Positions 1 through 11,030 are shown, numbered from the stretch's first letter. The stretch: 64,000 nucleotides of DNA from Halorutilales archaeon Cl-col2-1 (GCA_041891055.1 CP169074.1:1472001-1536000); one strand, 5' to 3'. Translations and numbers: made by a program. Notes: generated from the letters alone by a model not told the origin.

Positions 1-7
1 GGGGAGT

Positions 8-1174
8 ATGTCCAAAGAGGGAGAACACGAGTTCGGAGAGTACGGAGGACGTTATGTCCCCGAGATGTTAGAGGAGCCTCTCGAAGAGCTCGCCGACGAC
101 TACGACGAGATAAAGGACAGTCCCGAGTTCGAGGAGAAGCTAGACGGTCTTCTGCGTGACTTCGCGGGACGTCCGACACCTCTCTACCACGCAGAGACAC
201 TCTCCGAGAGGTTCGGCGCGAAGATATACCTCAAACGTGAGGATCTCCTACACGGCGGCGCGCACAAGATCAACAACGCCCTCGGTCAGGCTCTCCTCAC
301 TAAGGAGGCGGGAAAGAGCCGTCTCATAGCCGAGACGGGCGCGGGACAGCACGGTGTGGCGACTGCGATGGTGGGAGCGCTCTTAGACCTCGACACCGAG
401 ATATACATGGGGAGGAAAGACGTCGAGAGACAGACGATGAACGTCTTCCGTATGCGTCTGATGGGAGCGGAGGTCAACGAGGTAACGAGGGGCGGCGAGG
501 GGCTCGCCGATGCGGTCGACGCCGCTCTTGAGGACTTCGCTCAGAACATGGACGACACACATTACTTAGTCGGGTCGGTCGTAGGTCCCGATCCCTACCC
601 GCGTATGGTTCGTGACTTCCAGTCGGTGATAGGCAAGGAGGCGCGCGAACAGATACTCGAAAAGGAGGGCGAACTCCCCGACGCCGCGGTGGCGTGTGTC
701 GGAGGCGGCTCGAACGCCATAGGTCTCTTCCACGCCTTCAGGGACGACGACGTCGAGTTTTACGGAGCTGAGGGAGGCGGAGAAGGCAAGGGATCGGAGA
801 GACACGCCGCGCCGCTTGCCGAGGGAGAGGAAGACGTACTCCACGGAATGAAGACACGTGTGATAGAAGACGACGTCGAGGTACACTCGGTCTCTGCGGG
901 TCTCGACTACCCCGGCGTAGGACCCGAACACGCCATGTTCCGTGAGGTCGGACGGTGTGACTACCGCGCAGTAGAGGACGACGACGCTCTAGAGGCGTTC
1001 AGAAGCCTGAGCGAGGCAGAAGGCATAATTCCGGCTCTCGAATCGAGCCACGCTATAGCTCTCGCCGAGGAGATCGCTCAGGATATGGACAGAGACGATG
1101 TGATGATAGTCAACCTCTCAGGGAGGGGAGACAAGGACATGGAGACGGCGTCACAGAAGTTCGAACTGTCTTAA
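8..1174 (+). CDS. trpB: Tryptophan synthase beta chain (TrpB1-type), second copy outside trpCBA
   Basis: [26 protein letters not shown] (PLP lysine), [41 protein letters not shown]; GGGGAG just upstream of the ATG. Confidence 0.96.
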   Translation: MSKEGEHEFGEYGGRYVPEMLEEPLEELADDYDEIKDSPEFEEKLDGLLRDFAGRPTPLYHAETLSERFGAKIYLKREDLLHGGAHKINNALGQALLTKEAGKSRLIAETGAGQHGVATAMVGALLDLDTEIYMGRKDVERQTMNVFRMRLMGAEVNEVTRGGEGLADAVDAALEDFAQNMDDTHYLVGSVVGPDPYPRMVRDFQSVIGKEAREQILEKEGELPDAAVACVGGGSNAIGLFHAFRDDDVEFYGAEGGGEGKGSERHAAPLAEGEEDVLHGMKTRVIEDDVEVHSVSAGLDYPGVGPEHAMFREVGRCDYRAVEDDDALEAFRSLSEAEGIIPALESSHAIALAEEIAQDMDRDDVMIVNLSGRGDKDMETASQKFELS

Positions 1175-1183
1175 ACTTCTATT

Positions 1184-2029
1184 CTATTCTCTGAGCTGTC
1201 TTATTCTCTGTATGTTGTCGGAGTAGTCCTTGTCGTCGTCGACGGGGGTTTCGAGTATCATCGGAAGATCCTCGAAGACATCCGAGTTGACTAAGTTCGA
1301 GAAGCCGTCGTCTCCTATCTCGCCTTCGCCGATGTGCTGGTGGTTGTCCTTCTCGCTCCCGAGAGGATCCTTCGAGTCGTTGAGATGTAGTACCTCGACC
1401 TTGTCGAGACCTATCCCGTCTTCGACCGCCTCGACGGTATCTGCGAATCCGTCGGTGTCTGCGAGGTCGTAGCCAGCGGCGTGGGCGTGGCACGTGTCGA
1501 TACAGACGCCTAAGCTGTCGTCGTCTGTCTCTGCTTTCTGTATCATCTCGTCTAGCTCGTCGAATGTCTTCCCGAGAGTCGTCCCCTTTCCGGCGGTGTT
1601 TTCCAGCAGGAGGGTAACCGACTCAGGTATGTCGATCTCGTCGATACCCTCGGCGACCCTCTCGATGCCGTTGTCTCTCCCCGATCCTGTGTGCGCGCCG
1701 GGATGGAAGACGAAGTACTCTATGCCGAGTTTCGCGGCGGACTCTAACTCGGATTCGAGGCAGTTGATCGACTTCTCGAAGAGGTCGTCCTTCGGTGTCG
1801 CTAGGTTGATGAGGTAGGTCGAGTGTACGACGTAGGGATGCTGATCCGCCTCGTCTACTGCGGCTCTGAAGGCGTCGGCTTCGGCGTCGTCGTAGTCGGC
1901 GACCGACCACGTCCGGGGCGATCCCACGAATATCTGTCCACAGTTGCCGCCGTACTCCTCCTCCCTCTCTATCGCGTTCTCGACGCCGCCCGCGACTGAG
2001 ACGTGTGCTCCGACTTTGAAACCGGTCAT
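1184..2029 (-). CDS. nfo: Endonuclease IV (AP endonuclease family 2)
   Basis: GAHVS, HSTYLINLA, FHPG, LLENTAG, CIDTCH, HLNDSK, ILETP motifs; start set at MTGFKVGAH. Confidence 0.93.
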   Translation of the reverse strand: MTGFKVGAHVSVAGGVENAIEREEEYGGNCGQIFVGSPRTWSVADYDDAEADAFRAAVDEADQHPYVVHSTYLINLATPKDDLFEKSINCLESELESAAKLGIEYFVFHPGAHTGSGRDNGIERVAEGIDEIDIPESVTLLLENTAGKGTTLGKTFDELDEMIQKAETDDDSLGVCIDTCHAHAAGYDLADTDGFADTVEAVEDGIGLDKVEVLHLNDSKDPLGSEKDNHQHIGEGEIGDDGFSNLVNSDVFEDLPMILETPVDDDKDYSDNIQRIRQLRE

Positions 2030-2087
2030 AGACGGAGTTGGGTGGCTTAAGCAAAACCTGTTTCCCTTGTCCCCGAGAAGGGTCACC

Positions 2088-2720
2088 ATGGACGAGACAG
2101 ACGAACGCGAGAGGTGGGATGCGAAACACTCGAGCGACGAGTTCGAGCTTCCCGAGAACCCTGTACCTGAACTCGAACGCCTCGTCGACGAGTTCCCCGA
2201 CGGACGCGCGCTAGACGTCGCGACGGGGACGGGGAGAAACGCCGTCTTCCTCGCCGAGAAGGGCTACGAGGTCGACGCCTTAGACATCTCCGAGACGGCA
2301 CTCTCGGAGGCTCGTGAGACGGCGAAGGAGAGGGGGGTCGACGACGCCGTAAACTGGATACTCGCCGACGTAGACAGCTTCGACGTTCCGTGCGAGTGTT
2401 ACGACGTCGTCGTAGTGAGCTTCTTCCACGATCTCGGACTAATACCCGACCTAAAGGAGAGCCTCAGAGACGGCGGCGTGGTCGTCTACGAGCACCATCT
2501 CAGGTCGACTGACGAGGTCGACTACGGGCCTAGCGAAGACAGACACCGCCTGAGGTCGAACGATCTCCTTCGTGCTTTTCTGGACATGACTGTGCTCGTC
2601 TACAGGGAGGAGACACGCGTGGAGCACGAGGACGGCGAGGAGAGACGTGGCGCGGTAGCTACCGTAGTGGCGAGAAAGAGTTCCGGTGGAAGACAGTCGT
2701 ACCCCGAAACCGAGTACTAG
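2088..2720 (+). CDS. Class I SAM-dependent methyltransferase (TehB-like)
   Basis: ALDVATGTGRNAVFLAEKGYEVDALDIS motif I region; ATG at 2088. Confidence 0.8.
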   Translation: MDETDERERWDAKHSSDEFELPENPVPELERLVDEFPDGRALDVATGTGRNAVFLAEKGYEVDALDISETALSEARETAKERGVDDAVNWILADVDSFDVPCECYDVVVVSFFHDLGLIPDLKESLRDGGVVVYEHHLRSTDEVDYGPSEDRHRLRSNDLLRAFLDMTVLVYREETRVEHEDGEERRGAVATVVARKSSGGRQSYPETEY

Positions 2721-3052
2721 CCCCGACGTTCACGTAGCTCGTCGAGGAGGTCGTCGAGTTGGATCTCCTTCGCGGCGAGGAGAACGAGTAGATGGTAGAT
2801 GAGGTCGGCGGACTCCTCGACTACCTCGCCGGTATCGTCGTCCTTCGCAGCTAAGACGACCTCGGTCGACTCCTCGCCTATCTTTTCGAGTACGGCGTTT
2901 ATCCCCTTCTCGTGTTCGAGGAGCGACGACGTGTAGCTCTCGGGCGAGGGGTTTTCACGTCTGTCCTCGACGACCTCGAAGAGTTCACGGAGTATCTGTG
3001 CCTGTGTGTCTGTGTCCCTGTCTCCGTCTTGGTCGGTGTCAGTATCAGTCAT
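2717..3052 (-). CDS. hisE: Phosphoribosyl-ATP pyrophosphatase
   Basis: SYTSSLL, KIGEESTEVVLAAK, ESADLIYHLLVLL; overlaps the end of pdxT. Confidence 0.93.
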   Translation of the reverse strand: MTDTDTDQDGDRDTDTQAQILRELFEVVEDRRENPSPESYTSSLLEHEKGINAVLEKIGEESTEVVLAAKDDDTGEVVEESADLIYHLLVLLAAKEIQLDDLLDELRERRG

Positions 3053-3653
3053 TCTCAGTCTCCGTCTTGTCTTGGTCTTCGAGTACCATCCTGTGTATCC
3101 TGTAGTCTCCCGTAAGCTCGGGATGGAAGCTCGTTCCGACGACGGAGCCGTCACGTACTGCGACTACCGAGCCGTTGACCTCGGCGAGAGTCTCGACGTC
3201 GTCGCCGACCTCCTCGACAGCGGGCGCACGTATGAAGACGGCGTGGAACGGCTCGTCAAGTCCCTTGACGTCTATCTCTGCCTCGAACGACTCCTTCTGT
3301 CTCCCGAAGGCGTTCCTGTCGACGACTGCGTCTATGACACCGAGGCTCTCGACCCTGTCGTCCTGTGGGTCTCTCGACGATACTATGAGACCCGCACACG
3401 TCGCCAGCATCGGCTTTCGGTCATCGACGTGGGCGAGTATCTCGTCGGCGATTCCCTCCTCAGTTACGAGAGACGAGATCGTCGTACTTTCGCCCCCGGG
3501 GAGAACCAGAACGTCACAGTCGGGGACTACACCCGACGAACGTATCACGACAGTCTCGACATCTATCCCGAGGTACTCGCCCGCCTCCCTGACCGCGGTC
3601 TCGTGTTCGGAGACGTCCCCCTGGACTCCGATTATACCCACTTTGGTCGTCAT
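3045..3653 (-). CDS. pdxT: PLP synthase glutaminase subunit
   Basis: QGDVSEH, PGGESTT, TCAGLI, RNAFGRQ, FIRAP, SFHPEL. Confidence 0.95.
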   Translation of the reverse strand: MTTKVGIIGVQGDVSEHETAVREAGEYLGIDVETVVIRSSGVVPDCDVLVLPGGESTTISSLVTEEGIADEILAHVDDRKPMLATCAGLIVSSRDPQDDRVESLGVIDAVVDRNAFGRQKESFEAEIDVKGLDEPFHAVFIRAPAVEEVGDDVETLAEVNGSVVAVRDGSVVGTSFHPELTGDYRIHRMVLEDQDKTETEND

Positions 3654-3691
3654 GTGGTAAGAAAGAGTTAGATCTTCAGTTTTATTTTATT

Positions 3692-4606
3692 TCAGTTTCC
3701 GCGGTACTGGAGACGTTCTTCCTCCGAGAGTCCCGACGACGAACGTCCCTTCATTCCTCCGCCGACGTTCCTGGCGATGTCGGCGAGTTCGTCGGGGTCG
3801 TCGTAGTTGTTGACAGCCTCGACGACTGCGCGTCCCATCCTCTCGGGGTCTTCTGCGCCGAATATTCCGCTGCCGACGAATATTCCGTCACAGCCTAACT
3901 GCATCATGAGTGCGGCGTCTGCGGGTGTCGCAATTCCTCCCGCGGCGAAGTTGACGACAGGGAGACGTCCTTTCTCAGCGGCTTCGTTGACGAGGTCGAT
4001 GGGAGCCTCCATCTCACGTGCGAAGTTACGTCTCTCCTCCCAGTTCATGCCTTCGAGCTTACGTATCGCGCTCTTTATCCTCTTCTGGTGCTTGACGGCT
4101 TCGAGGACGTCTCCGGTACCCGCTTCTCCCTTCGTACGTATCATAGCCGCGCCCTCGTCTATACGTCTGAGAGCCTCGCCGAGGTCACGTGCTCCACAGA
4201 CGAAAGGCGTCGTGAACTCGGTCTTGTTGATGTGGTTTTTCTCATCGGCGGGTGTGAGAACCTCCGACTCGTCGAGCATGTCCATGCCTATCGACTCGAG
4301 TATCTGGGCTTCGGCGGTGTGTCCTATACGCACCTTGCCCATAACAGGTATAGAGACGGCGTCGAGTATCTCCTCGTTCTGTTCGACGGGTGCCATCCGT
4401 GCGACACCGCCTCTCTTCCTTATGTCGGCGGGGACTGCTTCGAGTGCCATGACGGCGACCGCACCGACCTCCTCGGCGATCTTCGCCTGTTCGGCGTTGA
4501 CGACATCCATTATGACGCCGCCCTTCTGCATGCTAGCGAAGCCGCGTTTCACGAGATCGGTCCCGCGTTTGAGGTTCTCTATATCCGTCTCTTGGGTTTC
4601 TGCCAT
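3692..4606 (-). CDS. pdxS: PLP synthase lyase subunit
   Basis: [44 protein letters not shown]; start at MAETQ. Confidence 0.96.
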   Translation of the reverse strand: MAETQETDIENLKRGTDLVKRGFASMQKGGVIMDVVNAEQAKIAEEVGAVAVMALEAVPADIRKRGGVARMAPVEQNEEILDAVSIPVMGKVRIGHTAEAQILESIGMDMLDESEVLTPADEKNHINKTEFTTPFVCGARDLGEALRRIDEGAAMIRTKGEAGTGDVLEAVKHQKRIKSAIRKLEGMNWEERRNFAREMEAPIDLVNEAAEKGRLPVVNFAAGGIATPADAALMMQLGCDGIFVGSGIFGAEDPERMGRAVVEAVNNYDDPDELADIARNVGGGMKGRSSSGLSEEERLQYRGN

Positions 4607-4727
4607 TACTGAATTATCGGCGAGAATCCGCTTAAGAATTACGACTCCGCGGACAGTTACCGCGATCCGAAACATGTCATAGCAAATAGGAATAGCTTTT
4701 GTCGTGTCCCGGTGAAGTTCGAGACAG

Positions 4728-5342
4728 ATGTTACGGTTACCCGAGCGCGTCGTGAGTCTCGCTCTGAGGCACTCGAAGAAGATAGCGGGCATCAACATAG
4801 CGGGTACTCTGTTCGGATACTGGTACTACCGGTTCCAGTTCGCTGAGACTCCTATCTATCTCTGGATGCTCGTGAGTGACTCGCCGAACGCCACCCTCCT
4901 CATAGCGGTCTCGCTCCTTCTCTACTCGTTCGGCAGCGAGTCAGAGGTCGTCGACTCTCTCGCCTTCTTCGGCAACCTCAAGTACGGTCTCTGGACCGCG
5001 GGAGTCCTCGCGGCTTTCCCCGACGCCTTCCTGGGCTATAACTCGGTTCCGATGTATGCCTTCCTCCTCTTCTCACATCTCGGGATGGGGATACAGGCGT
5101 TCTTAGTCTTCGAGTACGCCGACATAGGAAAGAGAGGCTTCGGTGTCGCGTCGGCGTGGTTCATCCTCAACGACGCCGTCGATTACAGCCTGGGAATACA
5201 TACGTCACTCCCATCGGGAGCCGACGTCGGCTTCGCACGTACTCTCGCATTCGGACTCACCGCGGTGAGCCTCGTCCTACTCTACTACTTAGGCGTCAGG
5301 GGAGAGCCTCGGTCTCGGATTCGTTCTCAGTCTCGTCCTTAG
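4728..5342 (+). CDS. DUF1405-like integral membrane protein
   Basis: [33 protein letters not shown]; several hydrophobic helices. Confidence 0.75.
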   Translation: MLRLPERVVSLALRHSKKIAGINIAGTLFGYWYYRFQFAETPIYLWMLVSDSPNATLLIAVSLLLYSFGSESEVVDSLAFFGNLKYGLWTAGVLAAFPDAFLGYNSVPMYAFLLFSHLGMGIQAFLVFEYADIGKRGFGVASAWFILNDAVDYSLGIHTSLPSGADVGFARTLAFGLTAVSLVLLYYLGVRGEPRSRIRSQSRP

Positions 5343-6813
5343 AGACACGCAGGTGACAGCCGAGGCTCTCGTCGTTTTCGAGTGCCGCCTCGGTGATCAG
5401 GAGACCCACGACTGTGGCGTTCCTGAGTGAGTATAGCTCGGGGTCGACACGTCCACGTATGAAGGATCTCGCCTCTCCGAGTACCCTCTGTACCTCCGTG
5501 AGAGCCTCCTCTAAGCCGTCCTCGGATCTCCTCAGACCGACTTTCTCCCACATCACAGACTGGAGCCTCTCGAACTTCGCGTCACAGAAGCCCTCGGGGA
5601 GGTCGCGGTCTATCTCTACGGAGTCGAACTCCTCGACCTCGAAGCCTCCGACCTCCTTTCGTGAGGCGTCTCTTCCCGCCCTTAGACCCCAGACGAGACC
5701 TTCAAGGAGTGAGGTCGACGCGAGTCGGTTAGCGCCGTGGACACCCGTGCGTGCGGTCTCGCCGACTGCGTAGAGACGGTCTAGTGACGTGCGTCCGTGG
5801 GTGTCTACGTCGACGCCCCCACACAGGAAATGTTCGGCGGGCTTTACGGGGACTAAGCCCGTCTCGAACTCTTCGTCTGTGAGGTTCGAGTAGGCTGACG
5901 GGAACCTCTCCTCGAAGTCAAACTTCTCGATAACGGGGTTTATGTCGAGATAGACCTCTCGGTTCTTCCTCTCGTCGTCGACGGCTCTGGCGACTACGTC
6001 ACGCGGTGCGAGTTCGAGGTCGTCGTGGTACTCCGACATGAACCTCTCGCCGTCTTCGTTTACGAGCTTCGCACCCTCTCCCCTGAGAGACTCGGAGAGT
6101 AAGAACTCCCTATCGGCGTGGACGGTAGGATGGAACTGGACGTACTCGGTGTCTTCGAGACGCGCGCCCTTGAGAGCCGCCATCGCTATGCCGTCGCCCG
6201 TGGCTACGTCGGGGTTAGTCGTGTGTCCGTAGACCTGTCCGACGCCTCCCGTGGCGAGTACGGTCGCGCCAGCCTTGACACTGAAGACATCCCTTCTCTC
6301 TCGGTCGGCTACGACGGCTCCGTGTACCTCGTCGTCTCCTAAGAGTTCGAGAGCGGTGTGTCCGTCGAGTATCTCGACGTCGGTCGAGTCGAGGTAAGAG
6401 ACGAAGTCTCTGAGTATCTCGGCACCGGTCTCGTCGCCCCTGTGGAGTATACGTCTGCGTGAGTGTGCCGCCTCCTTCGTGAGGTCGTAGTCTCCGTCGC
6501 GTGTGTCGAAGCCGACTCCGACCTCGTCTATGAGGACGTCACGTATAGCCTCGGCTCCCTCCTCCACGAGTACCTCGGCCGCCTCCTCGTTGGACTCTCC
6601 ACAGCCAGCCTCGACGACGTCCTCGACGAATCTCTCGACTGAGTCGTCGTCTCCGACGGTAGCTATGCCCCCCTGTGCGTACCTCGTGTTAGACTCCTCG
6701 GGACGTCTCGCCTTCGTGACGACGGTGACGTCCGCGCCTTCTTCGAGCGCGGAGTACGCCGCCGCACAGCCCGAGATTCCCGAGCCTATTACGAGTACGT
6801 CGGTCTCTATCAT
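5296..6813 (-). CDS. nadB: L-aspartate oxidase
   Basis: GSGISG FAD motif, AQGGIA, EAAHSRRRILH, QFHPT, SESLRGEG, GVHGANRLASTSLLEG; coupled to nadA. Confidence 0.93.
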   Translation of the reverse strand: MIETDVLVIGSGISGCAAAYSALEEGADVTVVTKARRPEESNTRYAQGGIATVGDDDSVERFVEDVVEAGCGESNEEAAEVLVEEGAEAIRDVLIDEVGVGFDTRDGDYDLTKEAAHSRRRILHRGDETGAEILRDFVSYLDSTDVEILDGHTALELLGDDEVHGAVVADRERRDVFSVKAGATVLATGGVGQVYGHTTNPDVATGDGIAMAALKGARLEDTEYVQFHPTVHADREFLLSESLRGEGAKLVNEDGERFMSEYHDDLELAPRDVVARAVDDERKNREVYLDINPVIEKFDFEERFPSAYSNLTDEEFETGLVPVKPAEHFLCGGVDVDTHGRTSLDRLYAVGETARTGVHGANRLASTSLLEGLVWGLRAGRDASRKEVGGFEVEEFDSVEIDRDLPEGFCDAKFERLQSVMWEKVGLRRSEDGLEEALTEVQRVLGEARSFIRGRVDPELYSLRNATVVGLLITEAALENDESLGCHLRVSKDETENESETEALP

Positions 6814-7943
6814 ATCGACATCATCCTCTCAAGCGCGACGTTCGCTAGGTCTTCCTCGTGGTCGTCGACGTCTATCCTGTTGACGACGTTTCCGTCGGCG
6901 AGCTCCTCTAAGGCGTAGACGAGGAAGTCGGGGTCTATCTGACGCATCGCGTTACAGTCCATACACTCCTCGCCACAGAGACCGAATATCTCCTTGTCGG
7001 GGTTCTCGCGCGCGAGCCTCTTGACGAGATGTAGCTCGGTACCGATTGCCCACGTCGATCCCTCGGGAGCGTTCTCGACCTTCTCGATTATCTGTGAGGT
7101 CGATCCGTCGTAGTCGGCAGCCTCGACGACCTCGTGTTTACACTCGGGATGTACCATGACGTTGACGTCGGGATGGAGTTCGCGGGTCTCCTCGATGTCG
7201 GAGACGTCGAACCTCTCGTGAACCTGGCAGTAGCCCTCCCAGAGTATGAAGGTCGCGTTCTCTATCTCCTCGCGCGTGTTTCCGCCGAGTTCCTCCTCCC
7301 ACGGGCTCCAGATGACGTAGTCGTCCTCGCCGTAGCCGAGCTTATGTAGGGTGTTACGTCCAAGGTGCTCGTCAGGGAGGAAGAAGACCTTCTCGCCCTC
7401 GTCGAGTGCCCAGTCGAATATGCGTTCGGCGCTCGACGACGTACAGCACGAGCCTCCCTGCTCCGCCGTGAAAGCCTTGAGCGAGGCGTACGAGTTGACG
7501 TACGTGATGGGTATCACGTCGTCCTCATCGACGACTCCAGTGAGTTCCTCCCACGCGCCGTCGACCTGTATGTTCTCAGCCATTCCCGCCATCGGACACG
7601 ACGCCTCCATGCTCGGGAGTATGACCTTCTGGTCGTCGTCTGTGACTATGTCGGCTGTCTCAGCCATGAACGTCACGCCCGCGAAGACTACGTACTCGGC
7701 GTCCGCCTCGGCGGCGAGACGTGAGAGCTGTAACGAGTCTCCTAGATGGTCGGCGAACCGGGTGACTGAGTGACGCTGGTAGTTGTGCCCGAGTATGACT
7801 ACGTCGTCGCCCAGCTCCTCCTTGGCTGCGCGGGTTCTCTCGATCCTCTCGTCCTCGGGTATATCGCGGTACTCGTCGGGGAGTGCTCCGAGGGCGTCGC
7901 TGTACTTCCAGAAACTGAGTGTGGCATCGTTGGTGAGGGACAT
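6810..7943 (-). CDS. nadA: Quinolinate synthase
   Basis: ILGHNYQ, GDSLQL, FMAETA, ASCPMA, YVNS, CQVH, HPEC, GSTSQI, DCNAM. Confidence 0.95.
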   Translation of the reverse strand: MSLTNDATLSFWKYSDALGALPDEYRDIPEDERIERTRAAKEELGDDVVILGHNYQRHSVTRFADHLGDSLQLSRLAAEADAEYVVFAGVTFMAETADIVTDDDQKVILPSMEASCPMAGMAENIQVDGAWEELTGVVDEDDVIPITYVNSYASLKAFTAEQGGSCCTSSSAERIFDWALDEGEKVFFLPDEHLGRNTLHKLGYGEDDYVIWSPWEEELGGNTREEIENATFILWEGYCQVHERFDVSDIEETRELHPDVNVMVHPECKHEVVEAADYDGSTSQIIEKVENAPEGSTWAIGTELHLVKRLARENPDKEIFGLCGEECMDCNAMRQIDPDFLVYALEELADGNVVNRIDVDDHEEDLANVALERMMSI

Positions 7944-8132
7944 ATTTTGAATAATATTTTTCTTCAAAGAGTGTTTTCTAACTCTTTTTGTCTTCGTCGT
8001 TATTTAACGAAGACGGGTTTTGAATATATAGGGGTTTCGGTCGTTTGTGACGTGACAACACGCAGGTATATTATTTTCGAATATGAGATTTCTGGCGGAA
8101 CTCCCTAATAAGACGAACCCGTCAGTTATGGC

Positions 8133-8726
8133 ATGGATCTCAGACTCAGACGTGATCTCGCGAGTGGACTCGTAATACTCGCACCCGTGGCGGTGACCGT
8201 CTACATCGCCTACTGGCTCTTCGACAAGGTCGCGTCTCTCCCGGGGGCGAAGTTCTTCAGGATAACGCCGTACGCGTCAATCAACCAGTTCGTACGTGTC
8301 GTGGTCTCGGTCTTTGTGATAATCGTTCTACTCGGCGTCGTCGGACGTCTCGTGAGGACGGCTATGGGGGTCGTCGTTGAGAGACAGGTAGACAGGCTCG
8401 CAAACAGCATACCCGGACTGCGTATGGTCTACAACGCCACGAAGATGGGTGTCGAGACGGCGATAGGAGGAGCCGACGAGTTCCAGAAGCCCGTCAAGGT
8501 AGAGTTCGCGGGCGCACGTCTCACGGCTTTCGAGACGGGCAACACGACCGACGACGGGAGGGAGATACTCTTCCTTCCGACAGCACCCAACATAACAACG
8601 GGATTCGTCCTAGAACTCGAACCCGAGAGGATAGAGGAGACAGACGAGTCAGTCGAGGACGCCTTGACACGTACGCTGAGTGCGGGGTTCGGTGACGCAA
8701 ACAAGGACAAGGATAAACGCGGCTGA
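8133..8726 (+). CDS. DUF502 family membrane protein
   Basis: Two N-terminal TM helices, IPGLRMVYNATK, FLPTAPNITTG. Confidence 0.85.
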   Translation: MDLRLRRDLASGLVILAPVAVTVYIAYWLFDKVASLPGAKFFRITPYASINQFVRVVVSVFVIIVLLGVVGRLVRTAMGVVVERQVDRLANSIPGLRMVYNATKMGVETAIGGADEFQKPVKVEFAGARLTAFETGNTTDDGREILFLPTAPNITTGFVLELEPERIEETDESVEDALTRTLSAGFGDANKDKDKRG

Positions 8727-8741
8727 GTCACGTTTCACGTG

Positions 8742-9656
8742 TCAGTACTTCTTGAGTAGCTCCCCGAAAGGGTAGTAGAAGTAGAGATGTTCGTGGCTCA
8801 GGCTTCCGGGGTCGGGGCGTCCTCTCGTCTCGCCGTCGACGAGTGACCGCGCGACTTCGTGCGAGTAGACGTAGTTGAGACGGAAGTAGTCACGTACGAG
8901 ATCCTCGGAGACGACATCTGTAAGTGCGTCGTAGACCTGTCTTCCCTTCTCTATCGCGTTTTCGCAGTCGGGTTCGGGGAAGAACTCGCGCGAGAAGAAG
9001 GCATATATGTAGTCGTCCTCGTCGAAGACACCGGGGAGAATCTCTTCGAGACTCGCTTCTCCCACGAGGTCCTCGTTGAGGACGTCGGAGAGAGGCTCGA
9101 CGGATCGCCACTCGGGAGGGTCACCGCGCGTCCTCTCGCCGAAGCTCTCGACACAGCAGTCTGGGTAGCCGTGGAGAGTTCCCTGGTATCTCTCGAATCC
9201 CCTTTCTTCGTCAGAGACGACTCCCTCGACGTTCCTGCGTAGTATCTCGGAGGGATCGATGTCTGAGTCGGAGCCGAAGAAGTAGGTGCGTGCGCCGTAG
9301 TCGAGGTTCTTGGCGTGGCGCACCCACTCGGGTACAGTGAAGGAGTCACCGGGATGCTCGTCTTCGAGAAAGGGTATCTCGGGTATCTGAGAGAAGGCAT
9401 CGCGCATCTCGTCGGACGTACTCATCAGCGACTCCTCGTCGAACGACTCGGGGTTGACACGGAGACCCGTCAGCATCTTGTAAGACTGGTGGAGACCTCT
9501 CTCGCGGTTCTGATAGCTACCGAGGTCTCTGACAGCTTCTATGTTGCCCTCGAAGTAGGTCGAGTCTATCTGGACACTCGCTCCCTTCTTGACGCCAGCG
9601 AGGACGGGGATCGTCTCAAGTGCTACGAAGCCGGGGAGTCTGGGACTAACTCGCAT
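8742..9656 (-). CDS. Hypothetical protein with GYPxCC motif (DUF483-like)
   Basis: 304 aa acidic ORF, ETIPVLAGVK and HGYPDCCVESF; starts 6 bp after the aldehyde dehydrogenase stop. Confidence 0.55.
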   Translation of the reverse strand: MRVSPRLPGFVALETIPVLAGVKKGASVQIDSTYFEGNIEAVRDLGSYQNRERGLHQSYKMLTGLRVNPESFDEESLMSTSDEMRDAFSQIPEIPFLEDEHPGDSFTVPEWVRHAKNLDYGARTYFFGSDSDIDPSEILRRNVEGVVSDEERGFERYQGTLHGYPDCCVESFGERTRGDPPEWRSVEPLSDVLNEDLVGEASLEEILPGVFDEDDYIYAFFSREFFPEPDCENAIEKGRQVYDALTDVVSEDLVRDYFRLNYVYSHEVARSLVDGETRGRPDPGSLSHEHLYFYYPFGELLKKY

Positions 9657-9662
9657 CTGAAC

Positions 9663-11030
9663 TCAGTCTATCCAGACAGTCTTCCGGTTGACGAACTCCT
9701 TTATTCCGTGTTCGGAGAGTTCACGTCCATAGCCCGAGTCCTTGACGCCGCCGAAGGGGAGACGTGGATCGGACTTGGTGAGTTCGTTGACGAAGACACA
9801 GCCTGCCTCGATCTCGTGGGCGATTCTTTCGCCACGTTCCTTGTCACGTGTCCAGACGCTCGCACCCAAGCCGTAGTTCGAGTCGTTCGCCATCTCTAGA
9901 GCCTCTTCCTCGTCGGCTACCTCGAAGACCGCGGCGACGGGTCCGAATACCTCCTCGTCGGCGGCGGGGCAGTGTTCGGGGACGTCCGTGAGAAGCGTCG
10001 GAGGGTAGTAGAAGCCGTCCCTGTCGAGGGGCTCTCCCCCGAGATGTAGCTCAGCCCCCGCTTCGACGCTCGCCTCGACCTGTTGGTGTAGAGACTCCAT
10101 GAGGTCTTGCCTCGCCTGTGGACCTATCTCAACATCCTTGTCTATCGGATCGCCGATAGCGAGCGATCCCATCTCGTCCTTGAGACGGTCGACGAACTCG
10201 TCGTAGACGTCCTCGACGACTATGAACCGTTTGGCGGCTATACACGACTGTCCCGAGTTCTGGTTCCTCGCGCTCGCACCCTTCTCGGCGGCTTGGTCGA
10301 GGTCGGCGTCGTCAAGGACTACGAAGGGATCACTCCCTCCGAGTTCGAGTACGGTCTTCTTGAGGTTCCTGCCCGCGGTCTCGGCTACCGTCCTTCCCGC
10401 CCTCTCGCTTCCGGTGAGTGTGACAGCCTTTATCCTGTCGTCACCTATGAAGCCGTCTATGAGGGACGACGGAGCCATCAGACTCCTGAATACGTCGTCG
10501 GGAAAGCCCGCCTCCTCGAAGACCTCCTCTATGGCTCTCGCACAGCCCGGGACATTCGACGAGTGTTTGAGAAGACCAGTATTCCCCGCCGTGAGGGTCG
10601 GGGCGGCGAAACGGAAGACCTGCCAGAAGGGGAAGTTCCACGGCATCACAGCGAGGACTGATCCGAGAGGCTCGTACGAGACGTAGGTCTTCGTTCCCGG
10701 AGTTGCACCTACGACATCGTCCTGGAGATGTTGGCTCGCGTTCTCGGCGTAGTAGTCACAGACCCAAGCGCATTTCTCGACCTCGGCGACCGACTGTGTT
10801 ATCGGCTTCCCCATCTCGTTCGTGATCACTTCGGCGTACTCCTTCTTGTTGTCGCGGAGTACGTCGGCGGCGTCCGCCATCAGCGACTCACGTTCCTCGA
10901 TACTGACATCGCTCCAGTCTTCGAAAGCTTCGGCAGAGAGATCCAGAATACGGTCGACATCTTCGGAGTCGTGTTCTTCAAACGTCTTTATAGTCTCACC
11001 CGTCGCGGGGTTGACAGATTCGAGAGCCAT
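9663..11030 (-). CDS. NAD(P)-dependent succinate-semialdehyde dehydrogenase (aldehyde dehydrogenase family)
   Basis: MPWNFPFWQ, TLTGSE, LELGGSDP, NSGQSCIAAKR, EEVFGP, PFGGVKDSGYGRE. Confidence 0.88.
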   Translation of the reverse strand: MALESVNPATGETIKTFEEHDSEDVDRILDLSAEAFEDWSDVSIEERESLMADAADVLRDNKKEYAEVITNEMGKPITQSVAEVEKCAWVCDYYAENASQHLQDDVVGATPGTKTYVSYEPLGSVLAVMPWNFPFWQVFRFAAPTLTAGNTGLLKHSSNVPGCARAIEEVFEEAGFPDDVFRSLMAPSSLIDGFIGDDRIKAVTLTGSERAGRTVAETAGRNLKKTVLELGGSDPFVVLDDADLDQAAEKGASARNQNSGQSCIAAKRFIVVEDVYDEFVDRLKDEMGSLAIGDPIDKDVEIGPQARQDLMESLHQQVEASVEAGAELHLGGEPLDRDGFYYPPTLLTDVPEHCPAADEEVFGPVAAVFEVADEEEALEMANDSNYGLGASVWTRDKERGERIAHEIEAGCVFVNELTKSDPRLPFGGVKDSGYGRELSEHGIKEFVNRKTVWID

